This document shows, piece after piece, positions 36,205 through 47,989 of a DNA stretch of 64,000 nucleotides. A program made the translations under genes and the position numbers. Source of the DNA: Eledone cirrhosa (lineage: Eukaryota); NCBI GenBank assembly GCA_964016885.1, contig OZ024744.1, positions 64,480,001 to 64,544,000 on the forward strand, in the 5' to 3' direction. The notes beneath the pieces were generated by a model. It was given only the letters and a program-made list of their open reading frames with translations. It was not told where the DNA came from and did no database searches. Position 1 is the first letter of the stretch, and each line of letters starts with the position of its first letter.

Positions 36205-36404
36205 AATAATAATAATTGTTTCTACTTTAGGCACAAGGCCAGTAATTATCCCAGTGTATTACTGGTACTTTATTTTATCGACCCCGTAAGGATGAAAGGC
36301 AAAGTTAACCTCGGCGGGATTTGAACTCAGAATGGCAAGGGCCGTAACTCTATGCGTCAAAGCATGGCGTCCGACCCTCTACCGATACTGCCAATCCACC
36401 GCCC
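36205..36404 (-). mobile_element. Full-length, young main-family SINE bounding the minisatellite
   Basis: Complete head GGGCGGTGGATTGGCAGTATCGG through an (ATT)n tail abutting the repeat. Confidence 0.92.
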
Positions 36405-36871
36405 TTTGTTGTAATAATAATAATAATGCTTTCGTTATTAACCACAAGAGTTGACACAAAGTAAGACATTAAGGACAACACAGGACGGTACAAATGGGCA
36501 TTTTTGCGTGTAAAAAAATACCCCAAAAAACAGAGGATGTAACCAAAAAAAGGAAACAATGAAAAATTCCCCAATGGGGGGGGAGAGAGAGACTTCCAAG
36601 AGTCAATAATAATAATAGTGTCGTTAGTGGTGGCAGTGGTGGTGGTAGTAGTAGTAGTAACAGCAGCAGCAGTAAGGAAGTATTTTATGAGAAAAAAGGT
36701 AAATCTTTCTATACTCTATATTTTTTGTTCTCTTGTAACAAAATTATGTCACAAATAAATAAATAAATAAATAAATATACAGGTGGAATAATTTTATTCC
36801 AATGACAATCTCTTATCTTGGACTTAGCACATTTACATTTCTTAGCAAGACAGAAAACATGACAAGCTTGG

Positions 36872-37086
36872 TACTCTTTAGCATTTAAACAGGCTGTATC
36901 TGGCCAAAATTCTCTCACCTCCTTTGTTCAAACCGGCTATAACCAGCTGCTCATACTTATGTTAAGGTATTGTTCTCACAATAAATACTATCAAAATCTC
37001 CTAAATTTGATATTATGTGAGGTAAAGCCTTTTCCATGAACATACAATAGTATATATAGAGAGAAATGTGAATGCTGAAGGGTTAA
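36872..37086 (-). mobile_element. piggyBac-type MITE
   Basis: CTTTAGCATTTAAAC...AATGCTGAAGGGTTAA. Confidence 0.8.
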
Positions 37087-37094
37087 AAATGTAA

Positions 37095-37745
37095 GGGGTA
37101 ACATCATGTCAAAAGTATGAGACTTCGATACTGAAATCTAATGATACAGTATCACCTAATAAATACAAGGGAGTGTAACAAGAACTTGGAAAGGAATGGA
37201 TGGATAAACTATTGCATGATCAGTACACTAGAGATAAAGTTGGCATTGATTGGAAAAAGAGCTGGTTGTGGCTTTAAAATGGTGATCTGAATGGATGCAT
37301 TGAAGCTCAGGTGTGCAGCGCCCAGGAGCAGACCCTTTGAACTAACTACATTAAACATCATTTTGACAAAACAATAAAAAATCCCCATTTATGTGTGGAA
37401 CAGGCGAAATGGTCAGCCATATTGTAATCGAATGTGTTAAGTTGGCACAGTGAGAGTATAAAAGACAACATGACAGTGTTGCCAGATATATCGATTGGAT
37501 GATATCTGAGAAATGTGGGTTTGTCAAAGCAACTAAATGAATATGAGCAGAGACCAGAAATGGTGTTAGAGAAGGATGAATTTAAGATTTTGTGCAACTT
37601 TACCATTCAATGTGATAGAATGATTGAGGCAAGCAGACCAGACATTGAAGTTGTGAACAAGAAGAAAAAGTGGCCAAAATAATTGATATATCTGCTCCAG
37701 GAGATAGTAGAGAGAAGGACAAAGAACATGAAAAGAAGTTGTTTG
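37095..37745 (+). mobile_element. Decayed R4/Dong-like non-LTR element: zinc knuckle plus restriction-like endonuclease region
   Basis: KSWLWL..AQEQTL.TNYIKH..HIVIEC.KLAQ.EYKRQHD.VA..FTIQCDRMIEASRPDI; many stops. Confidence 0.8.
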
Positions 37746-37818
37746 TGTCACTAAAAACGTGTTTATGTGTGAGAGAAAGAGGGGGGAGGGTAGCATGAAA
37801 AAGAAACTGGGATGGACC

Positions 37819-37849
<31 letters not shown>

Positions 37850-37859
37850 AACTGGGATG

Positions 37860-37921
<62 letters not shown>

Positions 37922-37965
37922 AATATATGTATGTGTGCATATGAAGATAGATTATGTAAAAGATA

Positions 37966-38576
37966 TTAACCCTTTAGCATTTAAACCAGCCGTATCCGGC
38001 CAGAATTCTCTCATCACTTTCTGTTCAAACCAGCAGTAACTGGCTGCTCATACTGATGTTAGGGTATTGTTTTAAAAAAAAATAACATCAAAATCTTGTA
38101 GATTCGATATTATGTGAGATACGGCGATGACACATGACCGAGACCTCTGGCGTCACGCAGTAATACAGAAGACCCGACTTCCCACGGGTACAAGCCGAAG
38201 TTGAAGCATATAGACAATATGCCACCCATCCCTCCCACTGCAAAGTGGTTGTGGAGGAGCCACGGCAAAAAAGCACCCAGCACTCACTGTAAAGTGGACG
38301 TGTAGGCACCACGGAAAGAAGCACTCAGCACTCACAGTAAATGAGGTTGGTGTTAGGAAGGGCATCCAGCTGTAGAAATCAAGCCAAAATCAGTTGCTGT
38401 ATGAGCAAGACAGGGTCACCCGACCTGGCATTGCCCACAACAGGACAACCCATCTAACCCATGCTAGTGTGAAAGAACAGAAGAAAAACGGTGATGATGA
38501 TGAATTATGAAAGATAAAGCCTTTACCATGAAAATACAATAGTATACATAGAGTAATGAAAATGCTAAAGGGTTAA
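37966..38576 (-). mobile_element. piggyBac-type MITE split by a family-C RTE fragment (38122-38503, plus)
   Basis: Intact TTAACCCTTTAGCATTT...AAATGCTAAAGGGTTAA ends; candidate 13-bp TSD ATTATGTGAGATA (38109) / ATTATGAAAGATA (38504). Confidence 0.88.
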
Positions 38577-39103
38577 CTTCAGAGATCACCCAAAACCTGG
38601 CGTTTTCAATGTGATATGGCCCTAATAAGCAAGACAAACCCATATATAGCTAGCTATTGTAATGTTTAGTTTTTAAAAACGTATTGTATTCTCAGGATAT
38701 CTTATTTTTTTTATAAATGAATTTTACTTTATTCAATTCTGCCTACTGTACTTCATTATTCCAGTTAATTGAGTTCAATGTGTGTACATGCCTTTACAAA
38801 TACTGACACAATACACCTTTATTTAGCGGATTTTCTTTTTCTTTTCTTTTTTTCTTTTTTATACAGGGTGGTTAAATAATATGGAGTCTTTTTTTAATCT
38901 TATCCTTTATGTTTATTGTGAAGTTTTCTTTTTAATCTGCCTTACACTTCTTTGCCTTATTCTTTCTCTCATTTTTTTTTTTTTTTTTGCTGTTTTGATT
39001 TAGCTTTACAAACCAGTGATTTTTCATATCAGCATAGGATCTGTCACGGTGTAATTTACTATCGACAACCAGACTTTTACAATAACATGACATAAAGCTA
39101 TTG

Positions 39104-39158
<55 letters not shown>

Positions 39159-39160
<2 letters not shown>

Positions 39161-39735
39161 GGCAAAGCATAAATGAACTAAGTGAGAAATTAGGAATAAG
39201 AGGGATCAGATGCTGTTTACTCAAGAGAAGACTACGTTGGTATGATCACGTGATGTGCATGAAAGACGACAGCTGTATAAAAAAAAGTGTAGGGCGATCA
39301 AAATTGATGGAAGTTACGGAGTAGGTAGACCCAGAAAAACCTGGGACGATTTGATAAATTCCGACCTTACACACTTGCACCTCTCTAAGACAATGACACT
39401 GGCGACCTCACACACTTGCACCTCTCTAAGACAATGTCACTGGATCGAGATCTTTGGCACTACGCAGTAATACAGAAGACCTGCCTTGCTTATGTACATA
39501 GCGAAACCTACAGTCAGTAGGCACCTCTTAACCAAATATACACCCCAATCCACTACCACTCCCACCAACACAGCCCTCTCTCTGTAAAGTTATGTAGGTA
39601 CCACTACATCCAGTCCAAAATAAATGAGGTCGTGTAGGTGTTACGACAAAAAAACACACAGTCCACACTGTAATGTGGCCGTGTAGGTAACACGATAAAA
39701 ACCTCCCAGTCCACACTGTAAATATGGTTGGTGAG
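39159..39735 (+). mobile_element. RTE family A fragment directly after (TA)n, with a ~40-bp internal duplication
   Basis: Starts ACGGCAAAGCATAAATGAAC (equals 46751); CGACCT(T/C)ACACACTTGCACCTCTCTAAGACAATG is duplicated at 39362 and 39403. Confidence 0.9.
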
Positions 39736-39962
39736 AGCAGTTACTCTAAATAAAAAAGAAAACTGATACAGAACAGAGAAGATCTTTACATCCGAACAAA
39801 ACAATCTCTCTGGTGCAGGTGGCACAATAAAATGTACCTAGTCCATGTTGTATAGTAGTTTGTCATAGGAAAGGCTTCCAGTCCTCACTGGCAATAAAAA
39901 GACACAACTAGTACTATTAACAGTATTAAAAATAATTAAATATATAGAGCTAACATTAACCA

Positions 39963-40166
39963 CCAGACCTGACAACTTTCCCCCGTCCAACAGGGAGATC
40001 TCCCACTCATTTTGGGGTAGGTGAGAGATGTCTTCTCTTGTGAAAAATAGGTATAGCTTTCATTACGTAAAATCTCCCCATTGTGCCTCATTTCTCCTCG
40101 TTCTGGAGCACTTTTTTTTTTTTCAAAGTACTCCCTGTTTGGGTTTATAGAGGTTGGCATGTCTGG
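39963..40166. mobile_element. MITE with 14-bp imperfect TIRs and ACCA flanking duplication
   Basis: ACCA|CCAGACCTGACAAC ... GTTGGCATGTCTGG|ACCA; superfamily not assigned. Confidence 0.55.
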
Positions 40167-40425
40167 ACCATGTTAGTGCTGTGCATGATGGGGTGGCTAG
40201 CCTAACCAAGTGATGATACATACACACACACACAAACACACATACATATTTATACATTATATATAGATATATATATATTCATGCATACATATACGGGGTG
40301 TTCAAAAAGTCTGACTCCGTAAGCAAAACAGTATTTAAAAGTTTTATCCAACAAATGCTAAAAGTTGATGGCTTCAGACTTCCTGACACATCTATTCACT
40401 GAATATAGGAATGTTGGACAATGTC

Positions 40426-40625
40426 TTAACATTTTGGCATATACATTACACTATATTTACTATCATATTTTCATGGTAAAGGCGTTACCTCACATAATAT
40501 CGACTATGCGATTTTGATATTATTTATTTTGAGAACAATACTTTAACATCAGAATGAGCGGCCAGTTAAGCTGGTTTGGACAGAATTCTGGCCGGATACA
40601 GTTGGTTTAAATTCTAAAGGGCTAA
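40426..40625 (+). mobile_element. piggyBac-type MITE (diverged)
   Basis: Colinear with the 16560 copy; ends TAAATTCTAAAGGGCTAA. Confidence 0.75.
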
Positions 40626-40720
40626 TGTAAAACTGATGTTACATGTAAAGATGAATTACATATATGATGGTACCACAATGAAAAGCAGTGTCGGTTGTGA
40701 TAAAACACTCAGTTCATGCA

Positions 40721-41008
40721 GTAAAGTAGCTGGCATTAAGAGAGGCATCTAGCCATAGAAACCATGCTCCCACTACATTCTGTAAAGTAGCTGGTATTAA
40801 GAGAGGCATCTAGCTGTAGAAACCATGCTCCCACTACATTCTGTAAAGTAGCTGGTATTAAGAGAGGCATCTAGCCATAGAAACCATGCTCCCACTACAT
40901 TCTGTAAAGTAGCTGGTATTAAGAGAGGCATCTAGCTGTAGAAACCATGCCCCCACTACATTCTGTAAAGTAGCTGGTATTAAGAGAGGCATCTAGCTGT
41001 AGAAACCA
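40721..41008. repeat. 61-bp tandem repeat, ~4.7 copies
   Basis: GTAAAGTAGCTGGTATTAAGAGAGGCATCTAGC(CA/TG)TAGAAACCATGCTCCCACTACATTCT; derived from the RTE 3'UTR motif. Confidence 0.95.
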
Positions 41009-41154
41009 GCCCAAATCAAAGCATTCGAACAGGATCGTGTCACCTGATTTGTCTGGTCTCAGCACATGACAGCCATCTCACATGAAAGCATAGAAAATAG
41101 ATGTTAAACGATGACCATGATGAAAATATCTAGGTGATCTGACTTTTGTAACAC

Positions 41155-41190
<36 letters not shown>

Positions 41191-41272
41191 CACACACATA
41201 TATATATATACATATATGTACACATATATATACATATATATGCACATATATACACACACACACCCACACGTG

Positions 41273-41314
<42 letters not shown>

Positions 41315-41602
41315 AACAAACACATACATACGTATGTGGAAATTCTTAACTAGTCTTTTGTTTGGTATTGATATAGAAGTCTATATCTACCGAATAGAGA
41401 GTATGGGGTACCAACTACTAATGAAACACTAATCGAGGAGATAAAGACAGTGAAATACTATACTGTAAGGAATATCTGGATGATCTTAAATGTCAGCAAA
41501 GTAAAACTGGAGAGTGTGACCATTTAAAGGAGGTGCAGTAGATCTGGTTTCTGATTTTAATCAGAACAAGTGACCTTATAGAAGACCTCTTATTGACTAA
41601 TA

Positions 41603-41790
41603 TCATCATCATCATTTTACGTCCGCTTTCTCCTGCTTGCAAGGGTGGGACGGGTCCTATTCAACACAGCATCTCTCCACATGTCACAGTCCTTCGTCAT
41701 CTCCACCGTGAGCTTCAGCAATCTGAGGTCTGCTCTCACCACCTCCACCCATGTTTTTCGTGGTCTACCTCTACCACGTCTTCCTTCAAG
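41603..41790 (-). mobile_element. RTE LINE 3' end, family D (very short UTR)
   Basis: LEGRRGRGRPRKTWVEVVRADLRLLKLTVEMTKDCDMWRDAV then (GAT)n. Confidence 0.85.
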
Positions 41791-41989
41791 ACACCCTGTA
41801 TATAATATACCCTTAGCTGTGTTGGATCAGAGCTTTGTTACAGAGCTCAAGCAAAAGGACCTGCCTGAAATGTTTTGAGTTCACTTCTTACAGCACATCA
41901 TCCTATTCTCTTTGTCAACTTATTGTTCCTAAGGGATAGCGCAGTTTGATCAACTGATCAGTTGATATTTAAAGTATATATCACAGCTC

Positions 41990-42238
41990 TGATATTATGG
42001 GCATGTGGATAGAATGACTCAGGAAAGAATCACTGGACATATTTTACAGGCAAAACCAAGGAAGGAGACCAAGAGGTAGACTCCAAGCAAACAAGCAGAA
42101 TGGTTGGATAACATTCATGAACTTGACTTGTCTCGCTTGATCAGTTGGAGACGGTTGCTTCTAACAGGATCCGCTGGAAGGAGTGTTTGAGGACTCTGCC
42201 CCCACGACCCTCTCAGGAATAAGAGTGCAAAGAAGAAG
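41990..42238 (+). mobile_element. RTE-like 3' end, family B
   Basis: YYGHVDRMTQERITGHILQAKPRRRPRGR; GAAGAAG-type tail. Confidence 0.85.
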
Positions 42239-42337
42239 TTGATATTTAAAGTATTACCTAACAAAAGTTTCTAAAATAAAATGATGATGAAAGGTTTTAA
42301 TATAAGGATAAACATTTTACAATGGGCAGTTTTATAT

Positions 42338-42938
42338 CATAAATGAATTGAGAGAGAGACTGAGCATAAGAGGAATCAAATGCTGCGTGCAGGAGAGGCG
42401 GTTACGCTGGTATGGACATGTGATGCGTATGAAGGATGACAGCTGCATAAAAAGGTGCAGAGCACTAGAAGTTGATGGAAACCGCGGAGTGGGGAGACCC
42501 AAGATGACTTGGGATGAGGTGATAAAAGCCGACCTTACCCAACTACACCTCTCAAAGTCAATGACACACGACCGTGACTTCTGGCGTCACGCAGTAATAC
42601 AGGGTACCCGACCTCCCATGGGTACATGCTGAAGCATATAAACAATATGCCCCCCCCCCCACCGCAAGGTGGTCGTGGAGGTGCCACGGCAAAAAAGCAC
42701 CCAGCCCACACTGTAAAGTGGACGTGTAGGCGCCACGAAAAAGCACCCAGCACTCACTGTAAATGAGGTTGGTGTTAGGAAGGGCATCCAGCTGTAGAAA
42801 TCAAGCCAGATCAGTTCCTGTATGAGCAAGGCATGGTCAGCCGACCAGACACTGCCCACAACAGGACAACCCGTCTAACCCATGCTAGCGTGGAAGAACG
42901 GACGTAAAACGGTGATGATGATGATGATGATGATGATG
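42338..42938 (+). mobile_element. 5'-truncated RTE LINE (family C)
   Basis: ERRLRWYGHVMRMKDDSCIKRCRALEVDGNRGVGRPKMTWDEVIKADL (ORF 42348-42632), 3'UTR and (GAT)n tail. Confidence 0.92.
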
Positions 42939-43249
42939 AATCTAAGATGGTTTCTGTTGGTTTCTTATCAAAAGGTTCAAATCAAGCTTTCCAAACCTGG
43001 AATACATTTCTCTTGTTTGGTTTCTAGAACCAGTATACACTTATCATTTGTTGGTTTGTTGTTCATATTGACTGAGCATGTTTGGTTCGAGTACTGATAT
43101 TTGATCATCGTTGATTGTTTGTTTATAAGTGAAATAATGTCCAAACTAATATATTAAAAGACTCCCTTTCTCAGCTGCTGTAGCATGGTGAACTCAAATT
43201 ATGGTAAATTTACCTTTAAAAAGTTGCCATATAATAAACAGTACAGGAG

Positions 43250-43405
43250 AGTTCTAGCAGTGTTGTTAGAATGTCAGGTAGAATACTTTGTCATATTCAT
43301 TCTGGTTTTCTGTAGTCTTAGTTGAAATACCACCAAGGTCAACTAACTTTGTCTTTCGTGCTTTCGAGATCGATAAATAAAGTACCAGTTCAATACTGTA
43401 GTTGA
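43250..43405 (+). mobile_element. Decayed main-family SINE
   Basis: CTTTGTCTTTCGTGCTTTCGAGATCGATAAATAAAGTACCAG core. Confidence 0.6.
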
Positions 43406-43449
43406 TTCTTCCATCATCATCTCTCTCTCTCCTTTTTTCAAGAAATAGG

Positions 43450-43850
43450 CTGTGTTCAGCCTGGAGATGAGATTGAGCTCCACCAGGTTTAAATACATAC
43501 CTAAGACATGTTGTATATCATTACAGTGCTCTTACAACACCAACAGGCGTTAAGAGCTTCAAGGATCTAAGAATAGTCAGCAAACCCAGGCACTGTTTAT
43601 GGACTCATTCTTTTTACGATTTCGAACATTTATTGAAACTTACAGAGATTCATTTTATACACACACACATGCTTGTTCTATGTAGAATATATTAATTTCC
43701 ATATTACAGTTATTGAAGTTGAATGTTCTTAATTCAACCCATCCACACTACATTCCTAGCTATGACTAGAGTATACCTGCTGCTAAGAGAGTTAGAGCCT
43801 GGAATGGCCTTCCAACATCATCACAACCCAAAATAATCAGTGCCTTTCCT
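43450..43850 (+). mobile_element. Possible decayed CR1/L2-like LINE 3' remnant
   Basis: AVFSLEMR (43450) and RVRAWNGLP (43790) resemble CR1 C-terminal motifs LFSLExRR and RxxxxWNxLP. Confidence 0.3.
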
Positions 43851-45131
43851 GTCATCATTATCATCACTTTTGTTGACAGCAGATAATATCTTGTAGCTCA
43901 ACCCTGTTAGCATATGGAAATGACATTGAATGGCTATAAACAAAATTACATCATCAAAATTCACTCAATTGTCTTCACTCCTGAAATGATTTAGCAAATA
44001 ATATCTTTAAAAAGTTTGTTAATCCAAATATTCATAGTATCATTACCGGTGGACAGAAAACTTTTGTGAAAATTTACAGTATTAGAGTAAAGCTTTTAAT
44101 TTGTAATGTGCTATAGACATAGTGCTGTTTTGTATTTTTCAAGAATGTTGCCAATATGGTTTTAGGTCCACTTGATTAAAAAGTTTTCTTTACCGTTCAT
44201 CACATCAACTCATTAGCTCGCCACTTTACAGAGTTTACAGGTTTGCATTTTATGGTGCCACAATAAAATACATTCATACCCTCTATGATGTGGTTGTCGA
44301 TCAAAGTGAGACAACATAGAATAGAGAGATCCCTTTCACCATTCAGGAGGTAATGCAACTGTTTTAATGGTGATGCCACAATGAAATACATCCAGTACAC
44401 TCTGTAAAGAGCTTGGTGATCAAATGGAGATAGCATCAAGTAGAGAAAGCTTTTTGAGCTTATTAAGGATATGACAATTTCTCTAGTGTTGGGAGTCATG
44501 AAGAAATGCACAAAGTACACTCTGTAATATCGTTGGTGGAGCTGTAGAAACCATGCCAAAAATGGAATGGGTGAGCCATCTAGGAGGACATTAAACTTGA
44601 ATAATAACTCACTCAAATCCCAACAACACATCCATGCCATACAAACTTGGGAAACGGATGTATGATGATGATGATGATGTTGATGGTGGTGAAGCTAGAT
44701 AATCAGAAATATATAGTAAAAGTATGTATTTAGTTATGTGCGGGTGTAATAACATCTAACCATTGCTGACATAGTTTCATCATTGTTTAACGTTGGCTTT
44801 CCCTGCTTGTTGTTGGAAAATGGTATCATGTTAAGGGTTTAGAAATACAGAGTACAATTTTATATATGCCTATATATGTGTCAGTAGTAGAGTTTTCACC
44901 TTACTATACTCACATTCATATTAATCTCTATGATAGGTGGAAGTAGAGCAGTAGATTAATTAACCTCGGTACCTGGGTGTGGTGTAGTTTGAAGGATGAG
45001 AGGCAAAGTTAACTGTAGCAGGAATTGAACTGCTGTCCTATGAAATCTGCCAAAACCAATGCAAATAATATGCAATTGAGTAAGTATTCCCTCCTCTGAA
45101 ATGTTTCCTACACTAAAGACTACATTTTTCA

Positions 45132-45453
45132 GAATAAGAAGGCACTCCATCGGTTACATCGATGAGTGTTCCAGTTGAGCCGTTCAACGGAAAAGCCTGC
45201 TCATCAAATTAACGTGTAAGTGGCTGAGCATTCCACAGACATGCATACCCTTAACGTAGTTCTCAGAGAGATTCAATGAGACACAGAATGTGGCACAGCT
45301 GGTCATTCGAACTACTATTTTTTGTCAGCTGAGTGAACTGAAGCAAAGTGAGGTAAAGTGTCTTGCTGAAGGACACAACATGCCACTGGGAATCAAACTC
45401 ATGACCTTACAATTGTAAGCCGAATACCCTAACCACAAAGACACGCATCTTCA
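45132..45453 (-). mobile_element. tRNA-derived SINE with GTGTCCTT(G/C)AGCAAGACACTT core and cephalopod-type 3' body
   Basis: Reverse complement: tRNA-like head, V/CORE-like core, then CACGTTAATTTGATGAGCAGGC..CAACTGGAAC..GTAACCGATGGAGTGCC. Family assignment is from memory. Confidence 0.65.
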
Positions 45454-45751
45454 CACTACATTTATTAATGAAATACATAAATACAGAACTCTGAACATGT
45501 AATATATATATTATATATAACTTTTGTTATCGTAATTACAATGACGGAGGTTTGATGAGCTTTTGACCCCATGAGCTGATCAATCGCAAAACGCATATCA
45601 CGCCTGAATAAATGTAATAAAAAGTTGACACCTCATCCATATTATTATTATTAGCGAGACACGGTCACCCAATCAATCTTGCCACAAGTGGGACAATTCC
45701 TGTCTTACCCATGCTAGCATGGAAGATAGATGTTAAGCGACGATGATGATG

Positions 45752-45792
<41 letters not shown>

Positions 45793-45853
45793 ATATTTGG
45801 GGAGGGTCATATTGTAATAATATTGCCAGAAATAATAATAACGATTTCATATA

Positions 45854-45935
45854 AAAAACCTTGCAAAACAAATTCATCGCCATATATATATATATATATA
45901 TATATACGGCGATGAATTTGTTTTGCAAGGTTTTT
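45854..45935. repeat. 28-bp inverted repeat centred on (TA)n
   Basis: AAAAACCTTGCAAAACAAATTCATCGCC-(AT)n-GGCGATGAATTTGTTTTGCAAGGTTTTT. Confidence 0.92.
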
Positions 45936-46169
45936 GATATACATCTGAAATTATATATATATATAAGTTGGTTTTCTCGTTGCTTTGGTCCTTGCGGCTG
46001 GTTCAGCGGTTGCAGTCTTCAATTTGTCAAGCTGTCTAAACGTATGTTATTACTCTAAGGTGAAGCTACCCTATTGAGTGCTTAGCTGCACATTCCGGAT
46101 TGCATTCGTTAGCTTGGCCGTGGCCAGAGCTTCGATTCTACCGAACTTCTATTTGTATATATATATATA

Positions 46170-47447
46170 TGGAAGCATGGCCTAGAATCAAAAGGCCTTA
46201 AAATTAACCTGTCTAAGATTAAAGTTCTAGTTTGTAGAAAGGAAAATAGGGCACAGGTGCCCTCAGGAAAATGGCCATGCTCAGTATGTAGGAAAGGAGT
46301 AGGCAGAAATTCAATTTCATGTCCCAAATGCAAAGTATGGGTGCATAAAAGATGTAGTGGGATCACAGGTAAACTATCTAAGAACGTAGACTTTATATGT
46401 GGCCGATGCTCAGGTGCAATAAGTAGCAAGTGTCCACAGGATACTAGCTCCTTCTATTGCAATAGTAGACACTTTCCATTACCTGGGTGACGAAATCAGC
46501 AGTGGTGGAGGGTGCTCTGAAAGTACAGTAGCCAGAGTCAAAACGGGATGGAAAAGTTCAGAGAGCTTATACCGCTGTTGGCCACAAAAGGTTTCTCTCT
46601 AAAAATGAAAGGCAGGCTGTATGATGCCTGCATACGAACAGTAATGCTACATGGCAGTGAGACATGGGCATTACGTGCAGAGGACCTGCATAGACTGGAA
46701 AGGAATGAAGCATGCATGCTCCGTTGGATGTGTAATAGTAATATACGTGAACGGCAAAGCATAAATGAACTAAGTGAGAAATTAGGAATAAGAGGGATCA
46801 GATGCTGTTTACTTGAGAGAAGACTACGTTGGTATGGCCACGTGATGCGCATGAAAGACGACAGCTGTATAAAAAAGTGCAGGGCGATCAAAATTGATGG
46901 TAGTTACGGAGTAGGTAGCCCAGAAAAACCTGGGATGATCTGATAAATTCCGACCTTACACACTTGCACCTCTCTAAAACAATGTCACTGGACCGGGATC
47001 TTTGGCGCTACGCAGTAATACAGAAGACCCGCCTTGCCTATGTACAAAGCGAAACCTACAGTCAGTAGGCACCTCTTAACCAAATATACACCCCAATCCA
47101 CTACCCCTACCCTATCCTCCCACTCTCTCTCTATAAAGTTGATACCACAACATCCAGTCCAAATAAATGAGATAAATGAGATCGAGGTCGAGATCGTGTA
47201 GGTGTCACGAGGAAAAAACACAGTCCATGCTGTAATGTGGCCGTGTAGGTAACACGGTAAAAAGTTCCCAGTCCCACACTGTAAATGTGGTTGGTGTTAG
47301 GAAGGGCACCCAGCCGTAGAAAACCTGCCAGATAGTCCTATATGAGTGAGACATGGTCACCCGACCAACCTTGCCTCAAGTGGGACAACCCCCGTCTAAC
47401 TCATGCTAGCTTGGAAAATGGACGTTAAACGAAGATGATGATGATGA
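46170..47447 (+). mobile_element. Longest RTE LINE copy (family A), 5'-truncated and frameshifted
   Basis: WKHGLESKGLKINLSKIKVL..CSVC..CPKC..HKRC..CGRC..FHYLGDEI..LYDACIRTVMLHGSETW..RRLRWYGHVMRM; 3'UTR; (GAT)n tail; follows (TA)n. Confidence 0.95.
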
Positions 47448-47599
47448 TATAAATATATATATATAATCAAAACTTATTCATAACATCTGTGTCTGATGAA
47501 CGATCCAGACGTATATTAATATTTTCTAGGACCCAGAAACCTTTGGTAATGGAGTAGTTATAGTGTTGTTCACTTTCTAATTATATATATATCGACAGT

Positions 47600-47733
47600 C
47601 GATCGTCAAGATCCCAGGCCTCATTTGTTCAACAAGTGGGGTGGGGCTCGTCAAATCGGACCGAGGAAACAATGTTTCCATTGGTCTTTCTAATTGCTAA
47701 TACTATCTGTCGGTCACAAATCCAGGCAGAAGA
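47600..47733 (+). mobile_element. Dispersed repeat (probable LINE 3' end); inverted copy at 54962-55095
   Basis: AAGATCCCAGGCCTCATT..GTCAAATCGGA..GAAACAATGTTTC..GGCAGAAG matches the reverse complement of 54962-55090. Confidence 0.6.
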
Positions 47734-47989
47734 ATATATATATTATACATCTTGTCCATTGAAACACTGTTCTGATACATATATAATATTTACAAACATA
47801 CTTTTATATATATATATATATACTGAAACATTAGAGACACATACACTTATGACCATATAAATGTAAACTCACAATATTACATATGCATATTTATTACATA
47901 CATGTGTTTCATTTAATTTGTATCAAATAAAAATCTCTTACATTTGAAAAACAATGTTATTGTTGTCTGCTACAAAAGAGTAAAATATT

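Noticed and set aside
43449-43490. Micro-exon GCVQPGDEIELHQ between AG and GT
   Set aside because: Weak splice context; another frame plus a downstream WNGLP motif fits a CR1-like remnant.
46170-47447. Active, autonomous LINE
   Set aside because: 5'-truncated (no endonuclease or RT catalytic core) and frameshifted.
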